Assembly (NCBI GenBank): GCA_046292385.1 | Contig: JBKBRF010000015.1 | Coordinates: 70,726-134,725 of the forward strand | Source: Armatimonadota bacterium | GTDB lineage: Bacteria; Armatimonadota; SYMT01 | Reading direction: 5' to 3' | Length of the DNA stretch: 64,000 nucleotides | In this document: in pieces, positions 1 through 9,431 of the stretch | Layout: each line of letters opens with the position of its first letter | Numbering within the stretch: position 1 is the stretch's first letter | Position numbers and translations under genes: made by a program | The notes under the pieces: generated by a model | What the model was told of the DNA's origin: nothing | Databases searched by the model: none | Seen by the model: only the letters and a program-made list of their open reading frames with translations

Positions 1-863
1 TCAGCCTGATCGAGCACGACCAGGGCATCCCGGGACCGCTCGGGAACCGCCACCTCACTCTTACAACCGAGCGACCACGCCACGTACACCTTCGCCTGGT
101 CTCTCAGGATGGCGGCCTCTCCCGGACGGTGAATCTGGAACTCCGAGAACAGCCGGTGCGCCTGCCGGCCGTGCCGGATGCTGATGGCGGGCGCATCGAG
201 CCCGTGGTGCCGGGAGACGACGGCCGCCGCGCGATGGACGCAGCCGATGGCGCTCAGGACGGGCCTTTCCACCCCTCGATAGCCACTGCTCATGCGCAGT
301 AGCCGGGTGGTCACGGCGGCGGCATCCCTGGCACGACCGGCGTAGCAGAACCAGTTCACGAGTTGGCTGCCGGTCCGCAGAACCACGGCATAGCCCGGCT
401 CAGACGGCTCCGGCGGCGCCGGGGAGAGCATTTCCCACGCGTAGGCAAGATGGCTGGTCGCAGCGAGCCACTCATGCCGGTCGAACAGCTCTACGCCCAG
501 TTCGCCCGCCTCCAAGGCTTCACGACGACTCTCCTTCCAGCTCTCGTCCGGGAGTTCGTACCCGCCGAGGGCCTGGGTGATCCGGCTGGAGAGGCGTTCC
601 AACGCCCGAAAGCCTTCGAGATCGAGCCGCAGGCGTAACGCGACCGACGGTAGCATCTCTCTTCGAAGTGCCCAGAAGAGAAGCAGGGCGCGGTTCCGAA
701 GGTGGCTGGGCGAGAGGTCGGCAGGGTTTACGCCCAACTCCTTCGCCAGAACCCGGAGCGACGCCCGGGTCGACGTTGCAAACTCTTCCAGCGCGCGGAC
801 GACCTCGACAGTACTCTCGGCGGAAAGCTGGCGCCAATCGGGCGGGTGGCGTCTAACAGGCAT
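1..863 (-). CDS. HTH-containing regulator-like protein, 3'-truncated by window edge (absent from ORF track)
   Basis: ATG at 863 preceded by GAGGAG; frame open to base 3 (287 codons); MPVRRHPPDW...ASLRVLAKELGVNPADLS (HTH-like), followed by a helical region; divergent from the mobilisation operon. Confidence 0.6.
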   Translation of the reverse strand, partial: MPVRRHPPDWRQLSAESTVEVVRALEEFATSTRASLRVLAKELGVNPADLSPSHLRNRALLLFWALRREMLPSVALRLRLDLEGFRALERLSSRITQALGGYELPDESWKESRREALEAGELGVELFDRHEWLAATSHLAYAWEMLSPAPPEPSEPGYAVVLRTGSQLVNWFCYAGRARDAAAVTTRLLRMSSGYRGVERPVLSAIGCVHRAAAVVSRHHGLDAPAISIRHGRQAHRLFSEFQIHRPGEAAILRDQAKVYVAWSLGCKSEVAVPERSRDALVVLDQA

Positions 864-1075
864 CCGAGCCAGCTCTCCTCATTCGTCCAGTAGTTCGCCC
901 GGCGGCGGTCGTTGCTCCTTAAAACGTAGCCGGCTCGGCCGTGGATGCGCCGGTTACTAGAATGTTCGGCCGGTTGGCGTCTATGCCAGTACCTAATCGG
1001 CTCCCGCCTGACGCACCTTTCAATGGCCCTATCAACGACCATCGTTAGCATGGGAACGAGACCGGTCGAGGCCGA

Positions 1076-2659
1076 GTGGGACCGCTTCTCGCACCAGACG
1101 AACACCTCAGCCCTGCGATGGAAGAGCTCCTCATCCGGTTCCTGAATCACATCACGGCGCTGCAAAGGAAGCTCTCCCAGCGACACCCCGACTTGTGCGC
1201 CGGGGAGATCCAGGTCGGCCTGGCTGTACGCCCAGGGACAGACAAGGCTACCGGACCAGTTGCACTCGACCGGTCGGCCCAGGATCGGCACCTCTACCTG
1301 TTGGGGGCCTCTGGGTCGGGGAAGAGCCGGCTCTTGGAGCTCCTAGTCCGGCAACTGATCCGGCGGGGCGAGGGCTTCTGCCTCGTGGACCCGCACGGCG
1401 ATCTCACGACCAACATTCTCACCTATCTCTACGATCGGAAGCACCGGCACTCCTCGGGTTTGGCCGTTGATGACTCGCGAGTTCACCTCATCGAGCCGTT
1501 CCGCGAGGAAGCCGTGGTTGGGTTGAACGCGCTCGATCCCGGGGGCGCCCCCCTCCATCCGCACATCGGTCAGCTAGTGAGCATCCTTCGCCGGTTCTGG
1601 TCCGGCTCCTGGGGCCCCCGGATGGAGGAATTGCTTCGGACTGGCCTGTTGACGCTCGCGTCCTGCAAACCGCCGCTCACCTTGGTAGAACTGGTTCCGC
1701 TCCTGGTCGACGCAGAATTCCGGGCTCGAGTCCTCACAACTGTCGATGATGATGCGGTGAGAGCCTACTGGCACTGTCGCTACGATCCGCTCTCCGGTGG
1801 CGGGCGGCTGGCGATGTCAGAGCCCGTGCTCAACAAGGTCGGTGCACTCCTGGCCGACCCGCGAGTACGCGGAATGCTTGGACGCCGGGAGACAGGTTTG
1901 GATCTCCGGCGCCTGATGGACGCGGGCGGCTGGGTCCTCTTCAATTGCTCGCGCGGCCAGCTCCGGGACGCTTCGTATCTCCTCGGCTCGTTCCTCGTCG
2001 CCCAGATCCAGGCTGCCGCCCTCTCGCGGGCCGCAGTTTCCGAAGCCGACCGGCGGCCCTTCACGCTACTGGTGGACGAGTTCCAGCACTTCCGGGCGGA
2101 TGATTTTACGGAGATCCTCTGCGAGGCGCGCAAGTACCGGCTTCGGCTGGTGATGGCGCACCAGAACCTCTCACAGCTGGAGGCGCCGCTCCAGCAGGCG
2201 ATCTTCAGCAACGCCGGAACTCACATCATCTTCGCGGTCTCCGCTCAGGACGCGGCGGCGGTCATCAAGCAGTCTCCGGAAGGGGTGATCGGCGTCGAGC
2301 AGCTCATCCACCAGCCGGTCGGGCACGCGTTCTTCTTCCGGCGAGGTCATCTCCCCGTCCGCACCCGTATCTTCCCGGTCGAGATCCCGGCGATTGCACC
2401 AGCCGAACTTGCCGTCTACGCGAGAGAGCTGGCGACCCGCCACGGGGTGCCGCTGAAGGAGGTCGAAGTCGAAATCCGGCAGCGCGCAGGGGGCGCGGCC
2501 CCTGGACCCGATCCGGTTCCGGCAGCACCTTCGCCGCCGCCACCAAAGGGGAAACGGCGCCGGAAGGAAGCGGCTGGGGCGCCGCCTCAGCCGACCCCTT
2601 CAAGCCCTGCTGCTGGGTCCGAAGGTTCTGCACCGATCAAGGAGGCACCGGATGACTGA
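1076..2659 (+). CDS. TraD/TrwB/VirD4-like coupling ATPase (FtsK-HerA superfamily); start may be ATG 1118
   Basis: RHLYLLGASGSGKS Walker A, LLVDEFQHF Walker B, EARKYRLRLVMAHQNLSQL motif; Pro-rich C-tail. Confidence 0.8.
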   Translation: MGPLLAPDEHLSPAMEELLIRFLNHITALQRKLSQRHPDLCAGEIQVGLAVRPGTDKATGPVALDRSAQDRHLYLLGASGSGKSRLLELLVRQLIRRGEGFCLVDPHGDLTTNILTYLYDRKHRHSSGLAVDDSRVHLIEPFREEAVVGLNALDPGGAPLHPHIGQLVSILRRFWSGSWGPRMEELLRTGLLTLASCKPPLTLVELVPLLVDAEFRARVLTTVDDDAVRAYWHCRYDPLSGGGRLAMSEPVLNKVGALLADPRVRGMLGRRETGLDLRRLMDAGGWVLFNCSRGQLRDASYLLGSFLVAQIQAAALSRAAVSEADRRPFTLLVDEFQHFRADDFTEILCEARKYRLRLVMAHQNLSQLEAPLQQAIFSNAGTHIIFAVSAQDAAAVIKQSPEGVIGVEQLIHQPVGHAFFFRRGHLPVRTRIFPVEIPAIAPAELAVYARELATRHGVPLKEVEVEIRQRAGGAAPGPDPVPAAPSPPPPKGKRRRKEAAGAPPQPTPSSPAAGSEGSAPIKEAPDD

Positions 2660-3494
2660 ACGCCGCTCGCGATTCTCAAGGACCGTCGTCGTTCCTGGAA
2701 CCGTGCTCACCGAGCGGGACGCGGCGCTGATCCTCGCCTGTTACCGGCACCAGTGGCTCACCCGGCAGCAGCTGCAGCTTCTCTTCGGGATGGGGGTCAC
2801 GCGGATCAACCAGCGCCTGCGGCAGCTCTACGATTCTCGGTTCCTCGACCGGCTGCGCGCAGGCACGGTGGGAGTGGGGATGCAGCCAGTCTACGTCGCG
2901 GCCGAAGCCGCGGTGCCCCTCCTCAGCCGCAGCACCGATCTCCCGGAAGCCCAGATCCGGGAGCACCTGCGAGAAGACGCCAGGGCCAGCGCCGTTCTCC
3001 TGCCGCACGACCTTCAGGTCAACGACGTGCGGATCGCCCTCACCCGGGCGATCGACGGACACCCCGGACTTCGCCTCGATCTCTGGCTCAACACCCGGGA
3101 GTCGTATGATGCATTCGCTCCCGGACGAGTGCTTCGTCCGGATGGCTACTTCCGATTCTGGCAGGGAGACGTACTCTTCTCGTTCTACCTGGAAGTGGAT
3201 CGAGGGACGTGCAACTTGCCCCGCTGGGAAGCCAAAGTGGAGCGGTATCAGGAGTACCGGGAAGATGGTCACTACACCGCTCGCCACGGGCTCTCCCGGT
3301 TCCGGGTGCTGGTGGCCGCTCCCAGCGCCGCCCGCCTGGAGAACCTCCGCGCGGCGACCGCGAAGGTGGTCAGCCGCAGCTTCTGGTTCGCGCTCACCGG
3401 AGAGCTGGGCGCCATCGCCGGTGTCGCCGCGCCGATCTGGCTGCCCCTCTCTGGCACGGCTCCCCGGCCTCTGATCGAGTCTTCAGGAGAGTGA
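2652..3494 (+). CDS. Replication-relaxation (Replic_Relax) family protein
   Basis: LTERD..IL...HQWLTRQQL N-terminus, PHDLQVND, RPDGYF, FYLEVDRGT motifs; overlaps the ATPase stop. Confidence 0.8.
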   Translation: MTERRSRFSRTVVVPGTVLTERDAALILACYRHQWLTRQQLQLLFGMGVTRINQRLRQLYDSRFLDRLRAGTVGVGMQPVYVAAEAAVPLLSRSTDLPEAQIREHLREDARASAVLLPHDLQVNDVRIALTRAIDGHPGLRLDLWLNTRESYDAFAPGRVLRPDGYFRFWQGDVLFSFYLEVDRGTCNLPRWEAKVERYQEYREDGHYTARHGLSRFRVLVAAPSAARLENLRAATAKVVSRSFWFALTGELGAIAGVAAPIWLPLSGTAPRPLIESSGE

Positions 3495-3496
3495 GG

Positions 3497-3931
3497 ATGC
3501 CCTGGTACTGCGGGTACTGCAGCGCCTGGAACAAGAGCACGCACCGGGTATGCCCGAGCTGCGGGCGCCCGGCGAAAGGGCGGCTCTGCCGGCGCTGCCG
3601 CGCGGACGTGCCGAAGGACGCGAGCTACTGCACCAATTGCGGCAGCTCTCGCCTGACCGAGGCTGCGGTCCGCAAGCTGCCGCTGCCCACCACGCTCCCT
3701 TTGCGCCTCGCGCTTCTGGCTGGCATCCTGCTCCTCCTCTGGTTAGCCATCCACCTGCTGCGGTGGGTGCTACACGGCGCGCTCAGTTTCGCCGCGCACG
3801 CCCTTGTCTGGGTCGTGGTCGCGTGGCTCCTGACCGGCATCCTGCCCCGGCCGTGGGGAGCGAAGGCGCGCGGAGCGGTCTGGACGACGCTGAAGTACTC
3901 GGTCGAGTTCCTCCGCAACCTGTTCAGCTAG
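3497..3931 (+). CDS. Double zinc-ribbon membrane protein
   Basis: Four CxxC pairs (CGYC, CPSC, CRRC, CTNC), then two hydrophobic segments; ATG 3497 after a purine-rich RBS. Confidence 0.7.
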   Translation: MPWYCGYCSAWNKSTHRVCPSCGRPAKGRLCRRCRADVPKDASYCTNCGSSRLTEAAVRKLPLPTTLPLRLALLAGILLLLWLAIHLLRWVLHGALSFAAHALVWVVVAWLLTGILPRPWGAKARGAVWTTLKYSVEFLRNLFS

Positions 3932-4241
3932 CGGCAGGAGGGGCAGTGACACCCCTTGCAATGGCCCGTGCACCGCTGCGCGTATCCGTTACTAGACGCT
4001 GCAGGCACGGGCGCGTGCCTGTACTTCGGGGAGAGTGTCGCTGTGGCTTCGTCGCAGCATCGGCCCGCTCCATCACCTTCCAACGTCGATCTTCCCGCTG
4101 TTGTCCTCTTTGCCAATCCTCCACCGGCCGGCCGGTGATCTACTGGACCCCATGGCCGCCGGACGTCATCCTGACAACGGGACTTGCACCGCGGCGGCCC
4201 AAGATGCGACGGATGGAGCCGCGGACCTGCCGGAGCGGGCG

Positions 4242-5207
4242 ATGAAACGTGAACTGACCCTTTCCCAGGCTATCGAGGCCTATTCCCTGCACCAGGCGGC
4301 GCGGGGCGACTCGGAGACCCACCGCAAGGAGTGCCGTCGGACCCTCGGAGCCTTCGTCTCCTGCTGTGGTGACTTGCCGGCCGCAGGGGTGAGGCCGGAC
4401 GAGCTGCGTGTCTTCATGAACGAGCTGCGGTCCCGGCCCGGGTTAGGCGGCAGAGAGCGGCTTTCCGATCTCACCCTGGCGGCTTACCACCGGGTGCTGG
4501 CCGCCTTCTTCCGGTTCCTGGAGACGGAGGGGCACGTCGAGGCGAGTCCGATGCGGGCCGTGCCCAGGCCGAAGACGCGCCTGCAGCTGATCCGGCCGTT
4601 CTCCGAAGAGCAGCTACGGCGCCTCATTGCGCAGCCGGACCCCGCGAGCTTCATCGGGCTGCGGGACCGCACCCTGATGGTGTTCCTCGCCGACACCGGC
4701 TGCCGGATCTCCGAGTGCCTGGGGATCACCTACACCGATCTCGATCTGGACGCCCGCACCGTCCGCGTGCTCGGCAAGGGAGCCCGGGAGCGAATGGTCC
4801 CCTTCGGGGAGCGGACCCGGCAGTGGCTCGAAGCCTACCTGGCGCGGCGCCGGGAGAGCGAGCTGTCCGACCGGATCTTCGTCAACGAGTTTGGCGAGCC
4901 GCTGACTCGCGGCACGGTCGCCCGGCGGTTCGCCGGGTACGGCCGTCAGGCGGGGATCCGCGGCGTCAGAGTGAGTCCTCACACGTTTAGGCATACCTTC
5001 GCGGTGCAGTGGTTGCTGGGCAGCGGCGATTACAAGGGCGACGCCCTCTCGCTTCAACGCATCCTGGGTCACTCCACCCCGGCAATGACCCAGCGGTACG
5101 TCCACCTGACGAGCGGCGATCTCGGGAGACTTCACGCGAGGCTTTCACCCGCAGACAAATTGTCGGAGGCGCCCCCGCAGGTGGGTCGACGGCGGCGTCT
5201 CCGCTAA
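4242..5207 (+). CDS. Tyrosine recombinase/integrase (XerC/D-like)
   Basis: DTGCRISE, VLGKG, HTFRHTFA, LGHS...MTQRY catalytic R-K-H-R-H-Y set. Confidence 0.93.
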   Translation: MKRELTLSQAIEAYSLHQAARGDSETHRKECRRTLGAFVSCCGDLPAAGVRPDELRVFMNELRSRPGLGGRERLSDLTLAAYHRVLAAFFRFLETEGHVEASPMRAVPRPKTRLQLIRPFSEEQLRRLIAQPDPASFIGLRDRTLMVFLADTGCRISECLGITYTDLDLDARTVRVLGKGARERMVPFGERTRQWLEAYLARRRESELSDRIFVNEFGEPLTRGTVARRFAGYGRQAGIRGVRVSPHTFRHTFAVQWLLGSGDYKGDALSLQRILGHSTPAMTQRYVHLTSGDLGRLHARLSPADKLSEAPPQVGRRRRLR

Positions 5208-5809
5208 CCGATAGTCACCGGCCTCTACGGGAACCGACCTATTCATTCTGGGAGGACGCCAGGGAGCTCTTCGCGAATCAGTCAGTAGCTGGCACCCCGC
5301 GATTGCCGCACCTAGCTCTTGGCCGGGTAGAGTTCGCGCCAGCCAGCCGAGGGAAAACAGTCGAAGGGATTGTCCGGTCCTTCACGCATCCGCTGCCGCA
5401 CGCGCGGATGAATGTCGGTCCCTCCCGCCCCGGCGAAGTGCGGCATCCGTCCGCCACGGGAGGGCGCGACCAGAATCTCATTGAGCTTCTCATCCGGGGT
5501 AATCACTTTCCATCGACGACCCGCCAGGATGGCTGGACTCAAAGTGGGGGACGAGGAAAGGTGCTCGTCTTCGATGCCACGTCCTAGGGGGAGATCGGTC
5601 AGGCGTACCTCCGCATGTTCGGAGCGATGCCGGAGGCAGAGGCCTGGCCGCGCGCTTTCGCGGCAAAGCCCAAGAGAAATACGACGGCTTTCTGTCAGAG
5701 GCACTACAAGCTCAGGAGATTGCGCGGAACAGCCTCGACCTTCCGGGAGCCGCTGACCTAATCGCTACCCTAACACGTGATACGTGAAATAGACGCCCCC
5801 GGAGAAACG

Positions 5810-6526
5810 ATGACAAACTCAAGGAAGGCGGTCGTTCTGCTGAGCGGTGGGCTGGACTCGACGACCACTCTCGCGATCGCTCGGCAGCTAGGCTATGAAC
5901 TGTACGCTCTGACCTTCTATTATGGCCAGCGCCATGGATCCGAGATCGAGGCGGCCCGAGAGATCGCTCGCCGATACAGCGTTGCCGAACACGTGGTCGT
6001 CGAGATTGACCTACGCCTCTTTGGCGGATCGGCGCTGACAAGTGAACTCGAGGTCCCCAAGGGGCGTGCGCTGTGGGAGATCGGAGAGGGAGTCCCGGTG
6101 ACGTACGTGCCTGCCCGCAACACGATCTTTCTCTCCTACGCCCTCGCGTGGGCGGAGACTCTGGGTTCCAGCGACATCTTCATGGGCGTGAACACCCTTG
6201 ATTACAGCGGCTATCCGGACTGCCGACCCGAGTATGTGGCGGCCTTCCAGCATATGGCTAACCTCGCCACCCGGGCTGGAGTGGAGGGACGGCAGGAACT
6301 TCAGATCCACACGCCGCTGATCCATCTCAGCAAAGCCGAGATCGTCCGCAAAGGCGTTGAACTCGGGGTTGACTACGGCCTGACCCGTACCTGCTACGAT
6401 CCCTCTCCTCAAGGCGATGCGTGCGGGGCTTGCGATGCGTGTCTCCTGCGCCTTAAGGGGTTCGCCGAGAATGGCATGAACGATCCGGCACCCTACGCCG
6501 GCGCACTAGTTCCCGCATCCGCCTGA
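5810..6526 (+). CDS. queC: 7-cyano-7-deazaguanine (preQ0) synthase
   Basis: [10 protein letters not shown]-loop, [26 protein letters not shown]...CGACDAC Zn site. Confidence 0.96.
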   Translation: MTNSRKAVVLLSGGLDSTTTLAIARQLGYELYALTFYYGQRHGSEIEAAREIARRYSVAEHVVVEIDLRLFGGSALTSELEVPKGRALWEIGEGVPVTYVPARNTIFLSYALAWAETLGSSDIFMGVNTLDYSGYPDCRPEYVAAFQHMANLATRAGVEGRQELQIHTPLIHLSKAEIVRKGVELGVDYGLTRTCYDPSPQGDACGACDACLLRLKGFAENGMNDPAPYAGALVPASA

Positions 6527-7638
6527 GGCTGCTGTCCTTGGGCTGGGATACATGAGGTTGGGCCTCCCAGCGTCTCCGCCACCCGCTCAACCAGCGGCAA
6601 GTAGATGGAATTGTCCAGCCGGTCGCGGTAGTTCGCCTCGTACGTGCCTGCTGCGATCTGCTGGTCGATCCACTCCGCCTCTTGAAGCAGTACCCATAGG
6701 TTATGGGTGGCGCGGTGGCAGAATCCGGGTAGCTTGTCTGCCTTCAGGCCATCCACCCCGTGCTGCTGGCAGGGTGGGCAGACGCACTCAGCAAGCAGGT
6801 CCCACTCTCTCTCGTTGGGTTTACGCCCGCGCCAGCTTCCCATCTCGACTAGGGTGCGGTCGCCGCTTCCCGGCAACTGCACGATCCCGCGAGCCGCGCG
6901 GTTGCGCCAGCCGCAAGAATCGGCTGAATCGAACCCCAGTAAGGCGGCCAGGTGGAGGGTGGCGGTGCCACCTATGCCGAAGACGTGCAGTTGCTTGCCG
7001 GCCAGGACCTTCCGTGTATCTCCGAGCCCTTGAATCACCGCATCATATGCCATCGCCTTCTTGGCGCGGAGCAGGTTCGGCACGATGGCACCGAGAGCGA
7101 CATCCCCCTTGCGTGCGAGGTTCTCGTCCCCAAGTAGCTGCTCCAGGTACTCAGCGAGCAGAGGGCTGATGTGGATCACCGGAGCATAGCCGTCGTGTTC
7201 ATGCTGCCGGTTCATGGCCATCGTCTTGGTCAGACACTGCTTCTGCTCCTCATCACTCATGCTGGGGAGCGGGATAAAATCCTGGGCGATCGGCTTCCAA
7301 TCCGGCCCCGCCGCCTCGACAAAGCGCTGGTACTGCTCCACGTCCGTGGTTAGGCCCTTGGAAGAGAGATTGAATGCCCCGTTATCTAGAAAGATAGCCA
7401 CGCCCTTCGGCACGCCAAGGAAGTCGCGCAGGCCCTCCTTCATCGCTTGCTGTCGTTTCGGGGAATCGATATGCTCCGGCTCCTGATCTGGCTGGGTGGG
7501 TCGTGTTTGGTTGCGGGGAAACTCCGCATAGGAGACCATCAGAGCCTTCAGTGCCTCCAGAAAGTACGGCGAGTCTGGATCCCATACGGGCGGATGGAGG
7601 TTTCTGAGACTCAGCCCGGCGACGACCTGGATGCCCAC
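6493..7638 (-). CDS. Guanine transglycosylase-family (TGT/DpdA-like) protein
   Basis: FLDNGAF, QDFIP, LHVFGIG, FDSADS motifs, CVCPPC...HNL Zn site; GTG start overlaps the HerA stop by 1 nt. Confidence 0.8.
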   Translation of the reverse strand: MGIQVVAGLSLRNLHPPVWDPDSPYFLEALKALMVSYAEFPRNQTRPTQPDQEPEHIDSPKRQQAMKEGLRDFLGVPKGVAIFLDNGAFNLSSKGLTTDVEQYQRFVEAAGPDWKPIAQDFIPLPSMSDEEQKQCLTKTMAMNRQHEHDGYAPVIHISPLLAEYLEQLLGDENLARKGDVALGAIVPNLLRAKKAMAYDAVIQGLGDTRKVLAGKQLHVFGIGGTATLHLAALLGFDSADSCGWRNRAARGIVQLPGSGDRTLVEMGSWRGRKPNEREWDLLAECVCPPCQQHGVDGLKADKLPGFCHRATHNLWVLLQEAEWIDQQIAAGTYEANYRDRLDNSIYLPLVERVAETLGGPTSCIPAQGQQPQADAGTSAPA

Positions 7639-9431
7639 TACCGCCGCCCCTCGGCGTTCAACTGCTCTCGCGCCTCCTCAAGAGCGACGAACGCGTCCGT
7701 CTCCTCGTGCTCTCCTTGCGACTGGGGCTGCTTGATACGCACTAAGACGGGGAAGTTAATGAACTGGCCCGACAGGAGCGCCTCTCCCACGTCCAGGTCA
7801 GGGAGCATCTTGGCGTCCTCCGCGCCAAGACTCTCAATCGACTTGCGAACAAAGGATTGATCATCGGGGTTCACCATCCGCATGATGATGAACGAGTTGC
7901 ACTGCGACAGGGTGGTCTCATCCAGCCGAGATGGGCGCTGACTGATCATCACCAGGCCGACACCAAACTTGCGTCCCTCCTGGGCGATTTGCTTGGTCGT
8001 GGTGATCGCTTGCTGCTCCGCTGCCGAGGCAGCCCGCGCTGGGGCGAAGTTGTGAGCTTCCTCTAGGACAAGTAGCACAGGCAACTTCAGATCGCCAGCA
8101 ACCCGGGCGCTGAAGATGGCGTCCGCAACGAGGCTGTAGATTGTCGCCTGAAAGTCGTCCGTATAGCCGGCAAGCGCGACGATGCTGATGCCTCCATATC
8201 GCACCAGATCAGTCCGATTTACCGGAAGCGGATTACTGTTCCGAGACACACGGCGGCTGATCTCTTCCATCTGCCGTAGCCGTTTCGCTCCACGCCTCAG
8301 GTTATTTGGGAAGCTCTCCAGCCAACCACCGGTCTGTCGGTTGATGCGCAGTTGCTCCCGTCCGCTCCATTCAATGAGCCGGTCCTTCGCGTCGGAATCG
8401 TCGGTCCGGGCCGCCTTGGCAACGGCTTGCACGAAATCGGCTAGAAAGTACAGATTGGGGCTCGGGCGGTACTGCTTGATGCGATCGTTCCCGAGATACT
8501 CGCTGAGCCAGATGGTGCGCTCCTCCAGCGCAGCGGCATCACCGATGAATGCTTTGGCACCCTGGAATAGGTCATCGAAAAGGCTGCGGTGGGTATTAGC
8601 CATCTGCCATCCCAACGCCTCGATAACTGAGGCAGCCGTTTCCGGTGCTTGCTCGAAGATTGGGAGTTGCGCGAAGTAACGCTGAACTCGCTGTGCGATT
8701 GCGGGAACATCCGCGAGTCCTGTGTAGTCGCCGTGGGGATCGAAGATCACCATCGGGTAGTTCTTCGCCGCCAACTGCTCGATGACCCGGCGAGCCGTCA
8801 CGCTTTTGCCGGCGCCAGTCATCGCTAGAATCGCTAGGTGCCGCGTGACGACTGCATGCCCGTCCACGCACACATCAACCTCGGGCCGGTTGGAGAGCGT
8901 GGCGACGTCGAGCGCCCTCGAAGTGTGCAGTCGCAGATCTCCCAGAACAACCCGAGCAATGTCTTCCGAGGCCGGACGGTAGGCACTGCTGGCGGGCTGT
9001 GGTGGGTAGCGAAGGTGATCAAGCCTCCCCCGACTCGATCCCTCGCATGGTTCGCTCCCCAACACCTGACAGACAGCGGTCACCATCTCGCGGCTCAGCG
9101 AGAGTACAGTGTCGAAGGGGTCCGTGCGCGTCGCTGCTAACTCATGTCCTGCTTCGGCGGGAAACAGAGGATTGAGCCGTTCGATGCGCTGGACCTTCGC
9201 CCAAACGCGGATAGTGGTTCCGGTGTCGCCGTCACCGACCTGACGCAATGTGGCGTCAACCGCAATGATGTCCTGCTCCTTGACCGCCTCGTGCGCGATC
9301 GCCAGTCTGAACTCGCGACTGGTGCTCTCACCGACAAGCGTTCCGACATACCGGTTGTTTTCTTCGTGCACTGGTTCCCTGGCCATGTGTGTGTCTGTAG
9401 CCGTTTCTAAGCTTCCGGGCGAAAGAGCCAA
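7638..9431 (-). CDS. herA: HerA-like helicase/ATPase (copy 1; start may be ATG 9386)
   Basis: N-terminal HAS-barrel-like region, HLAILAMTGAGKS, IFDPHGDY, LEEAHNFAP, EGRKFGVGLVMISQRPS, NPDDQ. Confidence 0.88.
   Translation of the reverse strand: MALSPGSLETATDTHMAREPVHEENNRYVGTLVGESTSREFRLAIAHEAVKEQDIIAVDATLRQVGDGDTGTTIRVWAKVQRIERLNPLFPAEAGHELAATRTDPFDTVLSLSREMVTAVCQVLGSEPCEGSSRGRLDHLRYPPQPASSAYRPASEDIARVVLGDLRLHTSRALDVATLSNRPEVDVCVDGHAVVTRHLAILAMTGAGKSVTARRVIEQLAAKNYPMVIFDPHGDYTGLADVPAIAQRVQRYFAQLPIFEQAPETAASVIEALGWQMANTHRSLFDDLFQGAKAFIGDAAALEERTIWLSEYLGNDRIKQYRPSPNLYFLADFVQAVAKAARTDDSDAKDRLIEWSGREQLRINRQTGGWLESFPNNLRRGAKRLRQMEEISRRVSRNSNPLPVNRTDLVRYGGISIVALAGYTDDFQATIYSLVADAIFSARVAGDLKLPVLLVLEEAHNFAPARAASAAEQQAITTTKQIAQEGRKFGVGLVMISQRPSRLDETTLSQCNSFIIMRMVNPDDQSFVRKSIESLGAEDAKMLPDLDVGEALLSGQFINFPVLVRIKQPQSQGEHEETDAFVALEEAREQLNAEGRR

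Noticed and set aside
5208..5809. Second att site or small gene after the recombinase
   Set aside because: No copy of the tRNA-Pro core found by eye; ORFs lack RBS or recognisable motifs
5810..6526. QatC (QatABCD) or CBASS type IV QueC-like protein
   Set aside because: Short canonical QueC; no QatA/B/D, TatD or cyclase seen nearby
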